DNA of 32,000 bases, taken from NCBI GenBank assembly GCA_027460535.1, contig JAPZAR010000023.1, forward strand, positions 21,403 to 53,402, given 5' to 3'. A model generated the notes under the pieces. The model saw only the letters and a program-made list of their open reading frames with translations. It did no database searches and was not told the origin of the DNA. This DNA is from Candidatus Methanoperedens sp. (GTDB lineage Archaea > Halobacteriota > Methanosarcinia > Methanosarcinales > Methanoperedenaceae). The translations under genes were made by a program, and so were the position numbers. Below, piece by piece: positions 8,515 to 17,904 of this stretch (positions are counted from its first letter, which is position 1; every line of letters begins with the position of its first letter).

Positions 8515-10773
8515 TCAATTCCACATGTAATTATAGTATTTATTGATCTCAAATGGCAGGTCAATGCCTTTTATCTTGCTCATGTCACTTAGGTTGTTCA
8601 TAAGGATCATTCGTGCAGAGATGGTGTAAAGCACATCATCCATGTATAACGATCTCCTTACTGCGCTGGGTGAGTTCCAGTAATAGTTCTGGTCCTCGTA
8701 GTCATCCAGATGCGAGATTTTGCCTTTCAGCTTGAACCCGTCCTCAGGGGTAATCCCGAAAACATAGGCGCCCTGCCATACTTTCTGCCTGTTGTAGTAG
8801 TCGCCATACTTTCCATATACGCGATCCTCAGAAACTTCCCTTATCGGGATCACGAGCAGGTTCTTCTTCCTGTCAAAGAGGAATGCCCTGTGGTCTCTCA
8901 GCGCCTCAGAATCAGTGCCAGCAGTGCCGATCTCGTATTTGTCAAGCTGCTTTGGATTATTGACATCTGAAACATCAAACAGGGAAAGCTTAACACCCTT
9001 TATGGATACTCCGCCCCATTCGTTATCTCCTGTTTCCTTGCCCACCCCAATGATATGGTTTTCATCGTACGGGTGCAAATAGTCGGAAAAACCTGGTATC
9101 ATGAGTTTCCCGAGTATATCAGGTTTTTCAGGGTTCGCAAGGTCTATTACGAACAATGGATCCATCCGCTTAAAGGTTACCATATAAAGTCTGTTTCCTA
9201 TGAATCGGGTCGAGTATATCCTCTCATCCGGCGCTATCTCTTCCAGTTTCCCGGTTATGTTGAGTTCTCCATCCATCACGTAAACATTGTTGTATTGCAC
9301 AGATCCATGTCCTGTCCAGAACTGCGTTGTTGTGGCAACCCTGAAATAATCCCCGGATTCGTCCATGGAGAACTGGTTTAGCAGGCTGCCTGGCACTTCC
9401 CCTTTTGCCCTGTATTCAATATCCCCCTTATCGATACTTATCTTCTGGATGACTGTCTTCTCCCTTTCCTGCGCCTGTTTTACTTCATATTCCTCAACCG
9501 CCTTTTCAATATTGCTGAAATATTCATTTTTCTCTATTTCAGACATGCGGTTGTAATTTTCTTCCAGTATGGATGAGATGTTGTCCCACTTTTCCTGGGA
9601 ATTGAGCTTGCTGTCTTTTATTCCTCTAATCTTATCCTGAACATCTTTTGGAAGCAGCGGCACGATAACATTATAGAACCTCTCCTCCTGCTCCTTCTGG
9701 TAATACATATACGGAAGGTTCTTGTTGTATGTCAAGTAAATACTGTTGCTGGAAACATACAGGTTGTCAGAATAGCCCATCATGAATGATTTTGCATTAA
9801 TTCCTTTTGATCTTATGTTGATGGATGCGATCGTGTGGAATACATAATTCTGTTCGGGATTATCGAAATAATACACGTCAGGTATCATAATTCTCCCTGA
9901 ACCCTGCCTGATCGCAGGGACATCAACGACGTTGGCGTAATAATAAACGCTGTCCTTTACTATGAAATATACGTAATCACCTATCATCCGTGACTGGAAG
10001 TAATTCCCATTGATGTCATAACTCTCCACCTGCTCAGGTTTTGTCCTGTCCGAGATATCATAGACCAATGCGCTCGTATTCTGGGTATATCTCTGTATAG
10101 GTCTGTATTCATATTCGGGATAAAGCGTCACCTGATGGTCGTTCTCTGTGAAAACCACAAGCCTGTCTCCATTAATGAAAAGATCTTTGGGCCTTCCCGG
10201 TATTTCAGTCTCGGAAAGAATACTTGCTTTCTCAGCCGGATATGCATCAACGATGACCAGTTTATTTTGTGAAATAACATAGATATACTTGCCATCGTTC
10301 TTTACGAAATCAGCCTCGTCCACTCCCTCAACCTGGATGTTCGTTTTTGAATAGTCGGCTGTTCCCTGGCCGCCTGCCGATGGGACTGATATGGCTTCCT
10401 TCGAAATAGGCGTTGCTCCTCCGGTCGGCGGTGCAGCTGGTATTGCCACGCCATTAATATATCCGGTCATCAATGCAGGTGTTGGGGTCACCATAGCCAT
10501 ATTCCCCCGTATATCAAGAACAGTTCCAAATGTGTTATAATTTTGACTGTTAGCGTTCGTATTGAGAAAATCCCGGATCTCCTGGACCGAGGAGAATTTT
10601 TTAAGACCCTGTGTGGTCTCAAATCCAGATATGTTCAAGACTTTTGTATTTGAATTTTGTATAACAGAATCTTTTGTAACGTTAACGTCTACCTTTTTAT
10701 TATCCAGGCATCCAGTGAAAACCACTGCGCTAATAAACAGCATTATGCCTACCAAAAGCATTCTCTTTACCAT
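8515..10773 (-). CDS. Secreted or lipid-anchored beta-propeller domain protein (COG4880-like)
   Basis: I place the start at ATG 10773 (MVKRMLLVGIMLFISAVVFTGC), which has GGTGA about 6 nt upstream. The signal peptide ends in a lipobox-like TGC. The long body has repeated beta-strand-rich blocks (DGKYIYV, GDRLVVF, GDYVYFIV, GNRLYMVTF, DPLFVIDL) typical of this family as I recall it. Confidence 0.85.
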   Translation of the reverse strand: MVKRMLLVGIMLFISAVVFTGCLDNKKVDVNVTKDSVIQNSNTKVLNISGFETTQGLKKFSSVQEIRDFLNTNANSQNYNTFGTVLDIRGNMAMVTPTPALMTGYINGVAIPAAPPTGGATPISKEAISVPSAGGQGTADYSKTNIQVEGVDEADFVKNDGKYIYVISQNKLVIVDAYPAEKASILSETEIPGRPKDLFINGDRLVVFTENDHQVTLYPEYEYRPIQRYTQNTSALVYDISDRTKPEQVESYDINGNYFQSRMIGDYVYFIVKDSVYYYANVVDVPAIRQGSGRIMIPDVYYFDNPEQNYVFHTIASINIRSKGINAKSFMMGYSDNLYVSSNSIYLTYNKNLPYMYYQKEQEERFYNVIVPLLPKDVQDKIRGIKDSKLNSQEKWDNISSILEENYNRMSEIEKNEYFSNIEKAVEEYEVKQAQEREKTVIQKISIDKGDIEYRAKGEVPGSLLNQFSMDESGDYFRVATTTQFWTGHGSVQYNNVYVMDGELNITGKLEEIAPDERIYSTRFIGNRLYMVTFKRMDPLFVIDLANPEKPDILGKLMIPGFSDYLHPYDENHIIGVGKETGDNEWGGVSIKGVKLSLFDVSDVNNPKQLDKYEIGTAGTDSEALRDHRAFLFDRKKNLLVIPIREVSEDRVYGKYGDYYNRQKVWQGAYVFGITPEDGFKLKGKISHLDDYEDQNYYWNSPSAVRRSLYMDDVLYTISARMILMNNLSDMSKIKGIDLPFEINKYYNYMWN

Positions 10774-10867
10774 CTCATTCACCTGCCATGATGAACATAA
10801 ATAAGGCTTATATATAAATAAACTTATCTTTAACTTCAAACGGATTTGAAGTTATGGAAAAATGGAA

Positions 10868-11629
10868 CTAAGTTATCTTTTCTTCCCCTTTTTCCCTGGT
10901 CCTTATCCTTACATCCTTCAAGAAAGAAACTTTTCGGGCAAGAGCTTCAAGTTCATCCCTGGTAATAGGCTTCTCGTTGCGTAATTTTTCATCCGGTGCA
11001 TATTCGGGGATGCCCTGCTGGATGACATAAGTGCAACTATGTCCTGCAAGAGTACTGGCAATCCCGGAAATAAATCCCGGAACCTCACAAAAGGACCGAA
11101 AAACTGTCGTCCTGACCTCAATATCAACACCCTTGAGATCCAGAGTCTTGAGAGCATGTTCACCTGCGTCTTTAATTCCTCCTGTGATCATGCTGTATCT
11201 CAAGACATCATCAGGCGGGGATTTGATATCGAGGAAAACCTTATCAACGAGTTTTGCCTCGATCAATCTCCTCAGGCGTTCAGGATAGTATCCGTTTGTC
11301 TCAATGCCCACAAGCAGACCCTGTTCCTTCACGAATTTCGCAAGATGCTCCAGTTCCAAAGGATGCGCTGTGGGTTCACCCCCTGAGAATACCACCGCAC
11401 TTATGAAAGGTCTTGAATCAAGGATATTTTTCTCAATTTCTTCGATATTGACTACGTTCCCTCCCTTGTAGAGCGGCTCAAGTCTCTGGTTCGACACTTC
11501 AATAAATTTATTGTTGGAACAATAAAGGCATTTAAAATTACATCCGTTGAAGAACACGACGGTAACAGACCTCCCGTACCAGTCTATCGTCGACACCGGG
11601 ATCACTACACCACTAAAAATCAATTTCAT
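10868..11629 (-). CDS. Radical SAM activating enzyme, anaerobic ribonucleotide reductase activase (NrdG)-like
   Basis: 253-aa ORF with the radical-SAM cluster motif GCNFKCLYC (CxxxCxxC), VVFSGGEPT and GIETNG. No glycyl-radical partner is visible in this window. Confidence 0.85.
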   Translation of the reverse strand: MKLIFSGVVIPVSTIDWYGRSVTVVFFNGCNFKCLYCSNNKFIEVSNQRLEPLYKGGNVVNIEEIEKNILDSRPFISAVVFSGGEPTAHPLELEHLAKFVKEQGLLVGIETNGYYPERLRRLIEAKLVDKVFLDIKSPPDDVLRYSMITGGIKDAGEHALKTLDLKGVDIEVRTTVFRSFCEVPGFISGIASTLAGHSCTYVIQQGIPEYAPDEKLRNEKPITRDELEALARKVSFLKDVRIRTREKGEEKIT

Positions 11630-11762
11630 ATTTCTCCTTCTTCAAAAAGATTTATCAGTTAATAAACTAATTTCATACTGGGGCGTTATTTAAATCTTGC
11701 GCCTGAAAAGGACTGGGAATCATCAATCGGTCAACGACGAGGATTGTTTAAGGAGGAATGAA

Positions 11763-12080
11763 ATGTCAGAAATGTCGGAGATGTTTAAGAAAATGGGATT
11801 GTTCGGCATCGGGGTAATTTCCCTGACACAGGAAAAAGCCGAAGAATTTACCCAGGAAATGATAAAACAAGGGGAAATTAGCAGGGACGAAGGTAAGAAA
11901 TTCGTCAAAGAGGTCCTATCCCAGAAGGAACAGCAGGTCAAAGATCTTGAAGATAAGATCAATGCAAAAGTCAAAGAGACAATGGAAAAGAGCGGGGTTG
12001 TAATGAAAAGCGATCTTGAAGCTCTTGAGCGGAAGATCGATTCCCTTGAAAAAACAGTCAAATCCCTCTCAAAAAAATAA
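11763..12080 (+). CDS. Phasin-like / PHA-granule-regulator-like coiled-coil protein (COG3937-like)
   Basis: I place the start at ATG 11763, which has GGAGG 6 nt upstream. The track's upstream TTG extension is unlikely. The 105-aa product includes GIGVISLTQEKAEEFTQEMIKQGEISRDEGKKFVKE plus a heptad-rich C-terminus. Confidence 0.7.
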   Translation: MSEMSEMFKKMGLFGIGVISLTQEKAEEFTQEMIKQGEISRDEGKKFVKEVLSQKEQQVKDLEDKINAKVKETMEKSGVVMKSDLEALERKIDSLEKTVKSLSKK

Positions 12081-12095
12081 TGGAAGTAGGATGAT

Positions 12096-13781
12096 GTGAG
12101 CCTTCTGAATAAGGGCGTTGCCTACGCCAAGAGATATCGGGAAATCGTCGATGTTTTGATAAGGCATGGCTTTGGTTATCTCGTGGACAGGTTTGGACTT
12201 CGTCCTTTCCGCTCGTTTCGGGAGAAAGTATTCGGGCCAAGGCCTCTCAGAGAACAGTTGCTCGTATTATCGGAAGCAGAACGATTGCGTCTTGCTTTAG
12301 AAGAGCTCGGGACCACATTTATCAAGTTCGGGCAGATACTGAGCACGCGTCATGATCTTATACCTCCTGAATATATAGAAGAGCTCTCCAAGCTGCAGGA
12401 CCGTGTTCCACCTTTTGAATTTGCAGAGGTAAAAAAAGTGATCGAAAGGGAGTTTGGGAAAAATATTGAAGAGATTTTTTTATCATTCGATCCAGAACCT
12501 CTTGCTGCGGCTTCGATTGGGCAGGTCCATCGTGCCAGGCTTGCTGGAGGTGAAGAAGTTGCAGTTAAGGTGATGCGCCCTGGCGTGGAAGATGTCATCC
12601 AAACCGACCTTGCTATTTTGATGAGCCTTGCAAAATTCGCCGAAAAGCATATAAAAGAAAGTAAATTTTTCAATCCAGTCGGGTTCGTGGATGAATTTTC
12701 TCGCATAATAAGGCAAGAAATCGATTATGCCCATGAAGCCCAGAATGCGGAAAGGTTTTACGTCAACTTTAAAGGGAGCACGACAGTCAAAATCCCAAAG
12801 GTATACTGGAGTTATGTAACAAAACACGTTATGACCCAGGAATATTCGGAAGGCATCAAGATCTCTGATATCAAACAAATCGAGGCAATGGGGCTTGACA
12901 GGAGAAAAATCTCAATGGATCTTGCGAACGCATATCTAAAAATGATATTCGAAGACCGTTTTTATCATGCCGACCCCCACCCTGGCAATATTCTGGTCTC
13001 CCAGGAGGGAGTCGTTATCTTCCTCGATTTCGGGATGGCGGGTCACATCGACCCAGTACTTCATGAAAACCTTGCCAATCTCATAATAGCAATTAAGATA
13101 AATGATGTAGATTTCCTCATGGAAGCCCTTGCAGAAATGGGATTGATCAGAGATGAGGGAGGTGAAAGCCCAATACTCAGAATAGGACTTGAAGAAATTT
13201 TGAATAAATATTACGATCTATCCTCTAAATTCATAGACCCGACTGCGTTCTTACGCGATATAATTGATTTGTTTGCAAAAAATAGAGGAAAGATACCCAC
13301 AAATCTCATGCTGCTATCAAAAACGCTTTTCATAAGGGATGAAATCAGCCGCAAACTTGACCCCGAACATAATTTTGGGGAGTTGACCGAGCCTTATGTT
13401 AAAAGGATGCTTGAAGAGCGGGCCAAAGCTACTCATATATTGAAAGAAACTGAAATAGTGGTAAGTGACCTTATCCATTTAATTAAAATTTTTCCAAAGA
13501 AATTCAGTCATATACTTACTAAAGTGGAAAAGGGAATGCTGAAATTTGAACTGGAACACCAGGGTCTTGAGACATATGTCGAGGAACTGGATATAATAAG
13601 CAACAGGCTCTCATTCAGTATGATAATTTCTGCGCTTATAGTTGGTTCATCTCTTATTATTCAGACTGGTATGGCACCACGCATCTGGGGTGTGCCGGTG
13701 CTCGGGATTTTCGGGTTTTTGCTTGCAGGTTTTTTGGGGATGGGATTGCTTTTTTCGATACTACGCTCTGGTAAGTGGTAG
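12096..13781 (+). CDS. ABC1/UbiB-family atypical kinase with C-terminal membrane anchor
   Basis: 561-aa ORF starting at GTG. Motifs are AAASIGQVHRA, VAVKVMRPG, QEIDYAHEAQN and HADPHPGNI, with two C-terminal hydrophobic helices. Confidence 0.9.
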   Translation: MSLLNKGVAYAKRYREIVDVLIRHGFGYLVDRFGLRPFRSFREKVFGPRPLREQLLVLSEAERLRLALEELGTTFIKFGQILSTRHDLIPPEYIEELSKLQDRVPPFEFAEVKKVIEREFGKNIEEIFLSFDPEPLAAASIGQVHRARLAGGEEVAVKVMRPGVEDVIQTDLAILMSLAKFAEKHIKESKFFNPVGFVDEFSRIIRQEIDYAHEAQNAERFYVNFKGSTTVKIPKVYWSYVTKHVMTQEYSEGIKISDIKQIEAMGLDRRKISMDLANAYLKMIFEDRFYHADPHPGNILVSQEGVVIFLDFGMAGHIDPVLHENLANLIIAIKINDVDFLMEALAEMGLIRDEGGESPILRIGLEEILNKYYDLSSKFIDPTAFLRDIIDLFAKNRGKIPTNLMLLSKTLFIRDEISRKLDPEHNFGELTEPYVKRMLEERAKATHILKETEIVVSDLIHLIKIFPKKFSHILTKVEKGMLKFELEHQGLETYVEELDIISNRLSFSMIISALIVGSSLIIQTGMAPRIWGVPVLGIFGFLLAGFLGMGLLFSILRSGKW

Positions 13782-13820
13782 AATATAAAAGCTTTATTCT
13801 ATGAAACATATTAACGATTA

Positions 13821-14522
13821 ATGAATCTTGCACTGATCACGCCCACACCCCTTGAATCAAAAGAACTGAGGCGAGAGATTGAACCCCGACCAGGTGAAGA
13901 GCTCAAAGTCATTTATGAAGGGAAATTGCATGGAAAAGCTGTTATCCTTACACATTCCGGGGTAGGCAAGGTAAATGCAGCGCATTCCACAACTTTAATT
14001 CTCGAAAATTACGATATAGGCTGTTTGGTCCTTTTCGGTATCGGGGGAGCATATTCAAAAAGCATTGGTGATATTGCCATTGCGGAAAGCGAAAATTACG
14101 GCGAGGAAGGAGTAATGACAAGGGAAGGCTGGAAATCCATGGAATTCACAGGATTCCCTTTGCTGAAGAATGAAAGAGAATATTACAATACTTTTCCTAT
14201 GGACGCAGGGCTGAAAGAGCATGCAATCAAAGCCTCTAAAGAGGCAGGTTTTAATGCAATGATCGGCAATTTTGTAACTGTATCGCAATGTTCGGGAACG
14301 CGTGAAAGCGGGGAACTCCTGATGAAGCGTTTTGATGGCATATGCGAGAATATGGAAGGAGCTGCCGTGGCGCATATTTGTGCTCTCTACAGGATTCCCA
14401 TGATCGAGATCAGGGGTATAAGCAACATCATCGAGGATAGAGACCTGAAAAAATGGAATATACCGCTGGCAGTCTCAAACTGCAATAAGGTTGTAATTGA
14501 ATTTGTCAAAAGGTTAAAATGA
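13821..14522 (+). CDS. mqnB: Futalosine hydrolase (nucleoside phosphorylase fold)
   Basis: 233-aa ORF with HSGVGKVNAA, FGIGGAY and ENMEGAAVA, motifs of the MTA/SAH-nucleosidase-like family. Its stop overlaps the mqnD start. Confidence 0.8.
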   Translation: MNLALITPTPLESKELRREIEPRPGEELKVIYEGKLHGKAVILTHSGVGKVNAAHSTTLILENYDIGCLVLFGIGGAYSKSIGDIAIAESENYGEEGVMTREGWKSMEFTGFPLLKNEREYYNTFPMDAGLKEHAIKASKEAGFNAMIGNFVTVSQCSGTRESGELLMKRFDGICENMEGAAVAHICALYRIPMIEIRGISNIIEDRDLKKWNIPLAVSNCNKVVIEFVKRLK

Positions 14523-15334
14523 AGAAGATCTCATTAGGTTATTCTCCGTGTCCCAATGACACGTTCATCTTTTATGCGCTGGTGCATAAAAAAGTGAAAG
14601 GGGATATTGAGTTTTCAGAAATACTGCGTGACGTCGAAACCCTGAACAAGATGGCCCTGCAAAAAAAGCTGGACGTTACCAAAGCCTCATTTAGTGCCTT
14701 TGGCCTGTTGAGGAAGGATTACTGTCTTCTTCATTCTGGCAGCGCGCTTGGGAGAGGGTGCGGGCCGCTGATCGTGGCCAGGAATCAGGGCTCTGACCTG
14801 AAAACTATAGCTATTCCCGGGAAGATGACCACGGCTTATTTTCTTTTAAGGTTATTTGCGCCACATTTAAAAAATGTGATCGAGATGCCTTTTGATCGCA
14901 TACTGAACGCAGTAAGTCTGGGAAAGGTGGACGCAGGTCTGATCATCCATGAAGGGCGGTTCACTTACCCCAGATACGGTCTTGTGCAGATACTGGACCT
15001 CGGTGAATTGTGGGAGAAAGAAACAGGTATGCCTATACCTCTCGGCGGAATATTCGCAAAAAGAGAGCTGGGCGCAAAAGTAATAGGTGAAATCGATTTT
15101 CTGCTCAAAAAGAGTGTCGAGTTTGCATTCCGGAATCGCCCACTTACGCGAGAATATATTAAAAAAAATGCACAGGAAATGGAGAATGATGTGATAGGCC
15201 AGCACATAAGCCTTTACGTGAATGAATATACGCTGGACATTGCGGATGGCATAGTGGCTGTTGAGAAGCTATTAACGACGGCTGAGGAATTGCATTTGAT
15301 TCCAGGGTCCCGTTTTCCGTTATTTATTGATTAG
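14519..15334 (+). CDS. mqnD: 1,4-dihydroxy-6-naphthoate synthase (futalosine-pathway VitK2 biosynthesis fold)
   Basis: 271-aa ORF. The N-terminal LGYSPCPNDTFIFYALVH and DVETLN are MqnD-type signatures, whereas MqnA has IPYLN instead. It overlaps mqnB as ATGA. Confidence 0.82.
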   Translation: MKKISLGYSPCPNDTFIFYALVHKKVKGDIEFSEILRDVETLNKMALQKKLDVTKASFSAFGLLRKDYCLLHSGSALGRGCGPLIVARNQGSDLKTIAIPGKMTTAYFLLRLFAPHLKNVIEMPFDRILNAVSLGKVDAGLIIHEGRFTYPRYGLVQILDLGELWEKETGMPIPLGGIFAKRELGAKVIGEIDFLLKKSVEFAFRNRPLTREYIKKNAQEMENDVIGQHISLYVNEYTLDIADGIVAVEKLLTTAEELHLIPGSRFPLFID

Positions 15335-15390
15335 TCCTGTTTGAACACACCTGCGTATTTTCTATCTGTTATGGTATTCAAATGTCGGTA

Positions 15391-15711
15391 TTAATAGAAA
15401 CCTTTTCTGAGTTCATCCGTTGACGATGGTTCATTTGAAGCCTTATTGTTCCCGTCATTTATTTTGATTATCTTCTGGGCTTTCCTTTTTGCGGGGGGGC
15501 ATCCACATTCATAAATAAAATGGAGAAAACCGGTTTCCGGATTCTCAACCGTTTTGGTGTGTACATATTCGGTATTGCAGTCCGGACATGTCCCCACTTT
15601 GGGGACGTGCTCATTGCAATGCCCGCACTTACAGACCACGACATCTATGACTTCATTCTTTGCATTCACTGCCGAGAGGGTATATTCATCACTTTTGAGT
15701 TCAGAGGACAT
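15391..15711 (-). CDS. Hypothetical zinc-ribbon / Cys-rich small protein
   Basis: 106-aa ORF with CKCGHC, CPDC and CGC clusters. I recognise no family. Confidence 0.5.
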   Translation of the reverse strand: MSSELKSDEYTLSAVNAKNEVIDVVVCKCGHCNEHVPKVGTCPDCNTEYVHTKTVENPETGFLHFIYECGCPPAKRKAQKIIKINDGNNKASNEPSSTDELRKGFY

Positions 15712-15837
15712 ATTCCCAATAAACTAAATAAACGAGGTATGTATTAAATCTTGCGGGTTTATTGCAGTTTTTCCAAAATCTTGCAAAACAAAAACTTTAT
15801 TCATTTTCAGGTTGTAAGAAACAAAGAGGTGAATTGT

Positions 15838-15999
15838 TTGACCGAACATATTCCATCTAAAATTGATTATTTAAGAGCCATTGAAAATGCATGCATGCAG
15901 TGCGGTGACAAACACCAACCCGATTGTCCCGTGGGGATGGCAAAAGCACGAATTGGCTGCACCAATGATCTATTAACCGAATTTTATAAACACAGATAA
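15838..15999 (+). CDS. Hypothetical small Cys-rich protein
   Basis: Within the 15751-15999 ORF, TTG 15838 has a GAGGTGA Shine-Dalgarno-like sequence 5 nt upstream. The 53-aa product contains CMQCGDKHQPDCP...GC. Both the start and whether the gene is real are uncertain. Confidence 0.3.
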   Translation: MTEHIPSKIDYLRAIENACMQCGDKHQPDCPVGMAKARIGCTNDLLTEFYKHR

Positions 16000-16042
16000 A
16001 CCAAAACCTATTATATTCCTGGCGGTATAAGGGCATCTCGTG

Positions 16043-16648
16043 ATGAATCTAGCAGTGCTCGTGTCAGGAAGAGGTTCAAATCTTCAGGCGATCATAGATA
16101 GTATCAATAGTGGATATGTGAAGGCGCGGATCACAGTAGTAATAAGCGACAATGAATATGCATATGCTCTCGGGAGGGCACGGAAGCATGGCATTGAATC
16201 TTTTTTCATAGATCCAAAGAGATTCGCATCAAAGGAATTGTTCGAGGAAGATGTCCTCAGGGTTATAAAAGAACATCGCGCTGACCTTGTACTGCTTGCG
16301 GGATACATGAGGATAATTGGGAAAACCCTGCTCGACGCATACAAGGATCGAATACTCAACATCCATCCAGCCCTGCTTCCTGCTTTTCAGGGGCTTCATG
16401 CGCAAGAGCAGGCTTTTGATTATGGCGTGAAAGTATCGGGATGCACTGTGCATTTTGTGGATGAGGCTCTCGATGGAGGCCCCATAATCCTTCAGAGATG
16501 TGTTGAAGTGAAGGAAGACGACACGGCTGAGAAGCTGGCTAACAGGATACTCGCGCTGGAACACAAGATTTATCCCGAAGCTGTGAAATTATTCGTCGAA
16601 AATCGATTGCAGATAGAAGGAAGAAAAGTGAGAATCATAAAATCTTAA
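16043..16648 (+). CDS. purN: Phosphoribosylglycinamide formyltransferase
   Basis: Motifs [33 protein letters not shown] and [20 protein letters not shown] 16043 is preferred over GTG 16040. Confidence 0.9.
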   Translation: MNLAVLVSGRGSNLQAIIDSINSGYVKARITVVISDNEYAYALGRARKHGIESFFIDPKRFASKELFEEDVLRVIKEHRADLVLLAGYMRIIGKTLLDAYKDRILNIHPALLPAFQGLHAQEQAFDYGVKVSGCTVHFVDEALDGGPIILQRCVEVKEDDTAEKLANRILALEHKIYPEAVKLFVENRLQIEGRKVRIIKS

Positions 16649-16668
16649 ACTATCAAAAAGGAATCGTT

Positions 16669-17904
16669 ATGCCGTTAAAAACAATAGATCCTGAAATTTA
16701 TGAAGTAATGCGACATGAGATAGAAAGGCAGAGGAATAAATTAAACCTCATCGCCTCGGAGAATTATGCAAGCCGGGCAGTCCTGCAGGCGCAGGGCTCG
16801 GTGATGACGAATAAGTATGCTGAAGGTTATCCTGGAAAAAGGTACTACGGCGGATGCGAGTTCGTGGATGCGGCAGAGAACCTTGCTATAGAACGCGCGA
16901 AAAAACTTTTCAAAGCGGAACACATAAATGTTCAGCCCCATTCAGGCTCCCAGGCGAACATGGCAGTTTATCTTGCTATGCTCAAGTGCGGGGATACGAT
17001 AATGAGCATGGATCTATCGCACGGGGGACATCTTTCCCACGGTAGCCCCGTCAATTTTTCTGGAAAGCTGTACAACATCGTGCCATATGGGGTATCAAGG
17101 GAAACCAGAACCATAGACTACGATACTCTATCTGAACTTGCAAAAAAGCACAGACCAAAACTTATAATATCGGGTGCAAGTGCATATCCAAGAGAGCTTG
17201 ATTTCAAGAGGTTCAGGGAAATTGCGGATGAAGTTGATGCACTTCTGCTGGCAGATATAGCTCATATAGCAGGTCTGGTCGTAGCGGGCATACATTGCGA
17301 CCCTGTACCTTATGCGGATTTTGTTACTACTACCACGCACAAGACGCTGAGGGGACCGCGGGGGGGCATGATAATGTGCAGGTCGGAATTTGCCAAGCAG
17401 ATAGACAAGACTGTTTTTCCGGGAATACAGGGTGGCCCGTTAATGCATGTTATCGCAGCAAAAGCAGTGGCCTTCAAGGAAGCGATGCACCCCGATTTCA
17501 ATGATTACCAGAAGCAAATAGTGAAGAACGCAAAGAAGATCGCGTTAGAGCTTACATCGAGGGGCAACGAACTCGTCTCCGGTGGTACTGATAATCACCT
17601 TATGCTCGTTGACCTTACCCCACCTGGCATCACAGGCAAGGATGCCGAGGCAAGGCTCGGTGAGGCCGGAATAATCCTGAACAAGAATACCATTCCTTTT
17701 GAGACAAAGAGCCCGTTCATTACAAGCGGCATAAGGATAGGTACTCCTGCCGCGACCACACGCGGTATGAAGGAAACGGAAATGATAACTATCGCCTGGG
17801 CGATAAATGAAATAATCCATAACATGAATGATGCTGAAAAATTAAAGGAAGTCAAAAAAATAATCCTTGAACTCTGCGGTCAGTTCCCCATTCCGTACGA
17901 GTGA
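16669..17904 (+). CDS. glyA: Serine hydroxymethyltransferase
   Basis: 411-aa ORF with [21 protein letters not shown] and the PLP-lysine context [14 protein letters not shown]. Confidence 0.93.
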   Translation: MPLKTIDPEIYEVMRHEIERQRNKLNLIASENYASRAVLQAQGSVMTNKYAEGYPGKRYYGGCEFVDAAENLAIERAKKLFKAEHINVQPHSGSQANMAVYLAMLKCGDTIMSMDLSHGGHLSHGSPVNFSGKLYNIVPYGVSRETRTIDYDTLSELAKKHRPKLIISGASAYPRELDFKRFREIADEVDALLLADIAHIAGLVVAGIHCDPVPYADFVTTTTHKTLRGPRGGMIMCRSEFAKQIDKTVFPGIQGGPLMHVIAAKAVAFKEAMHPDFNDYQKQIVKNAKKIALELTSRGNELVSGGTDNHLMLVDLTPPGITGKDAEARLGEAGIILNKNTIPFETKSPFITSGIRIGTPAATTRGMKETEMITIAWAINEIIHNMNDAEKLKEVKKIILELCGQFPIPYE

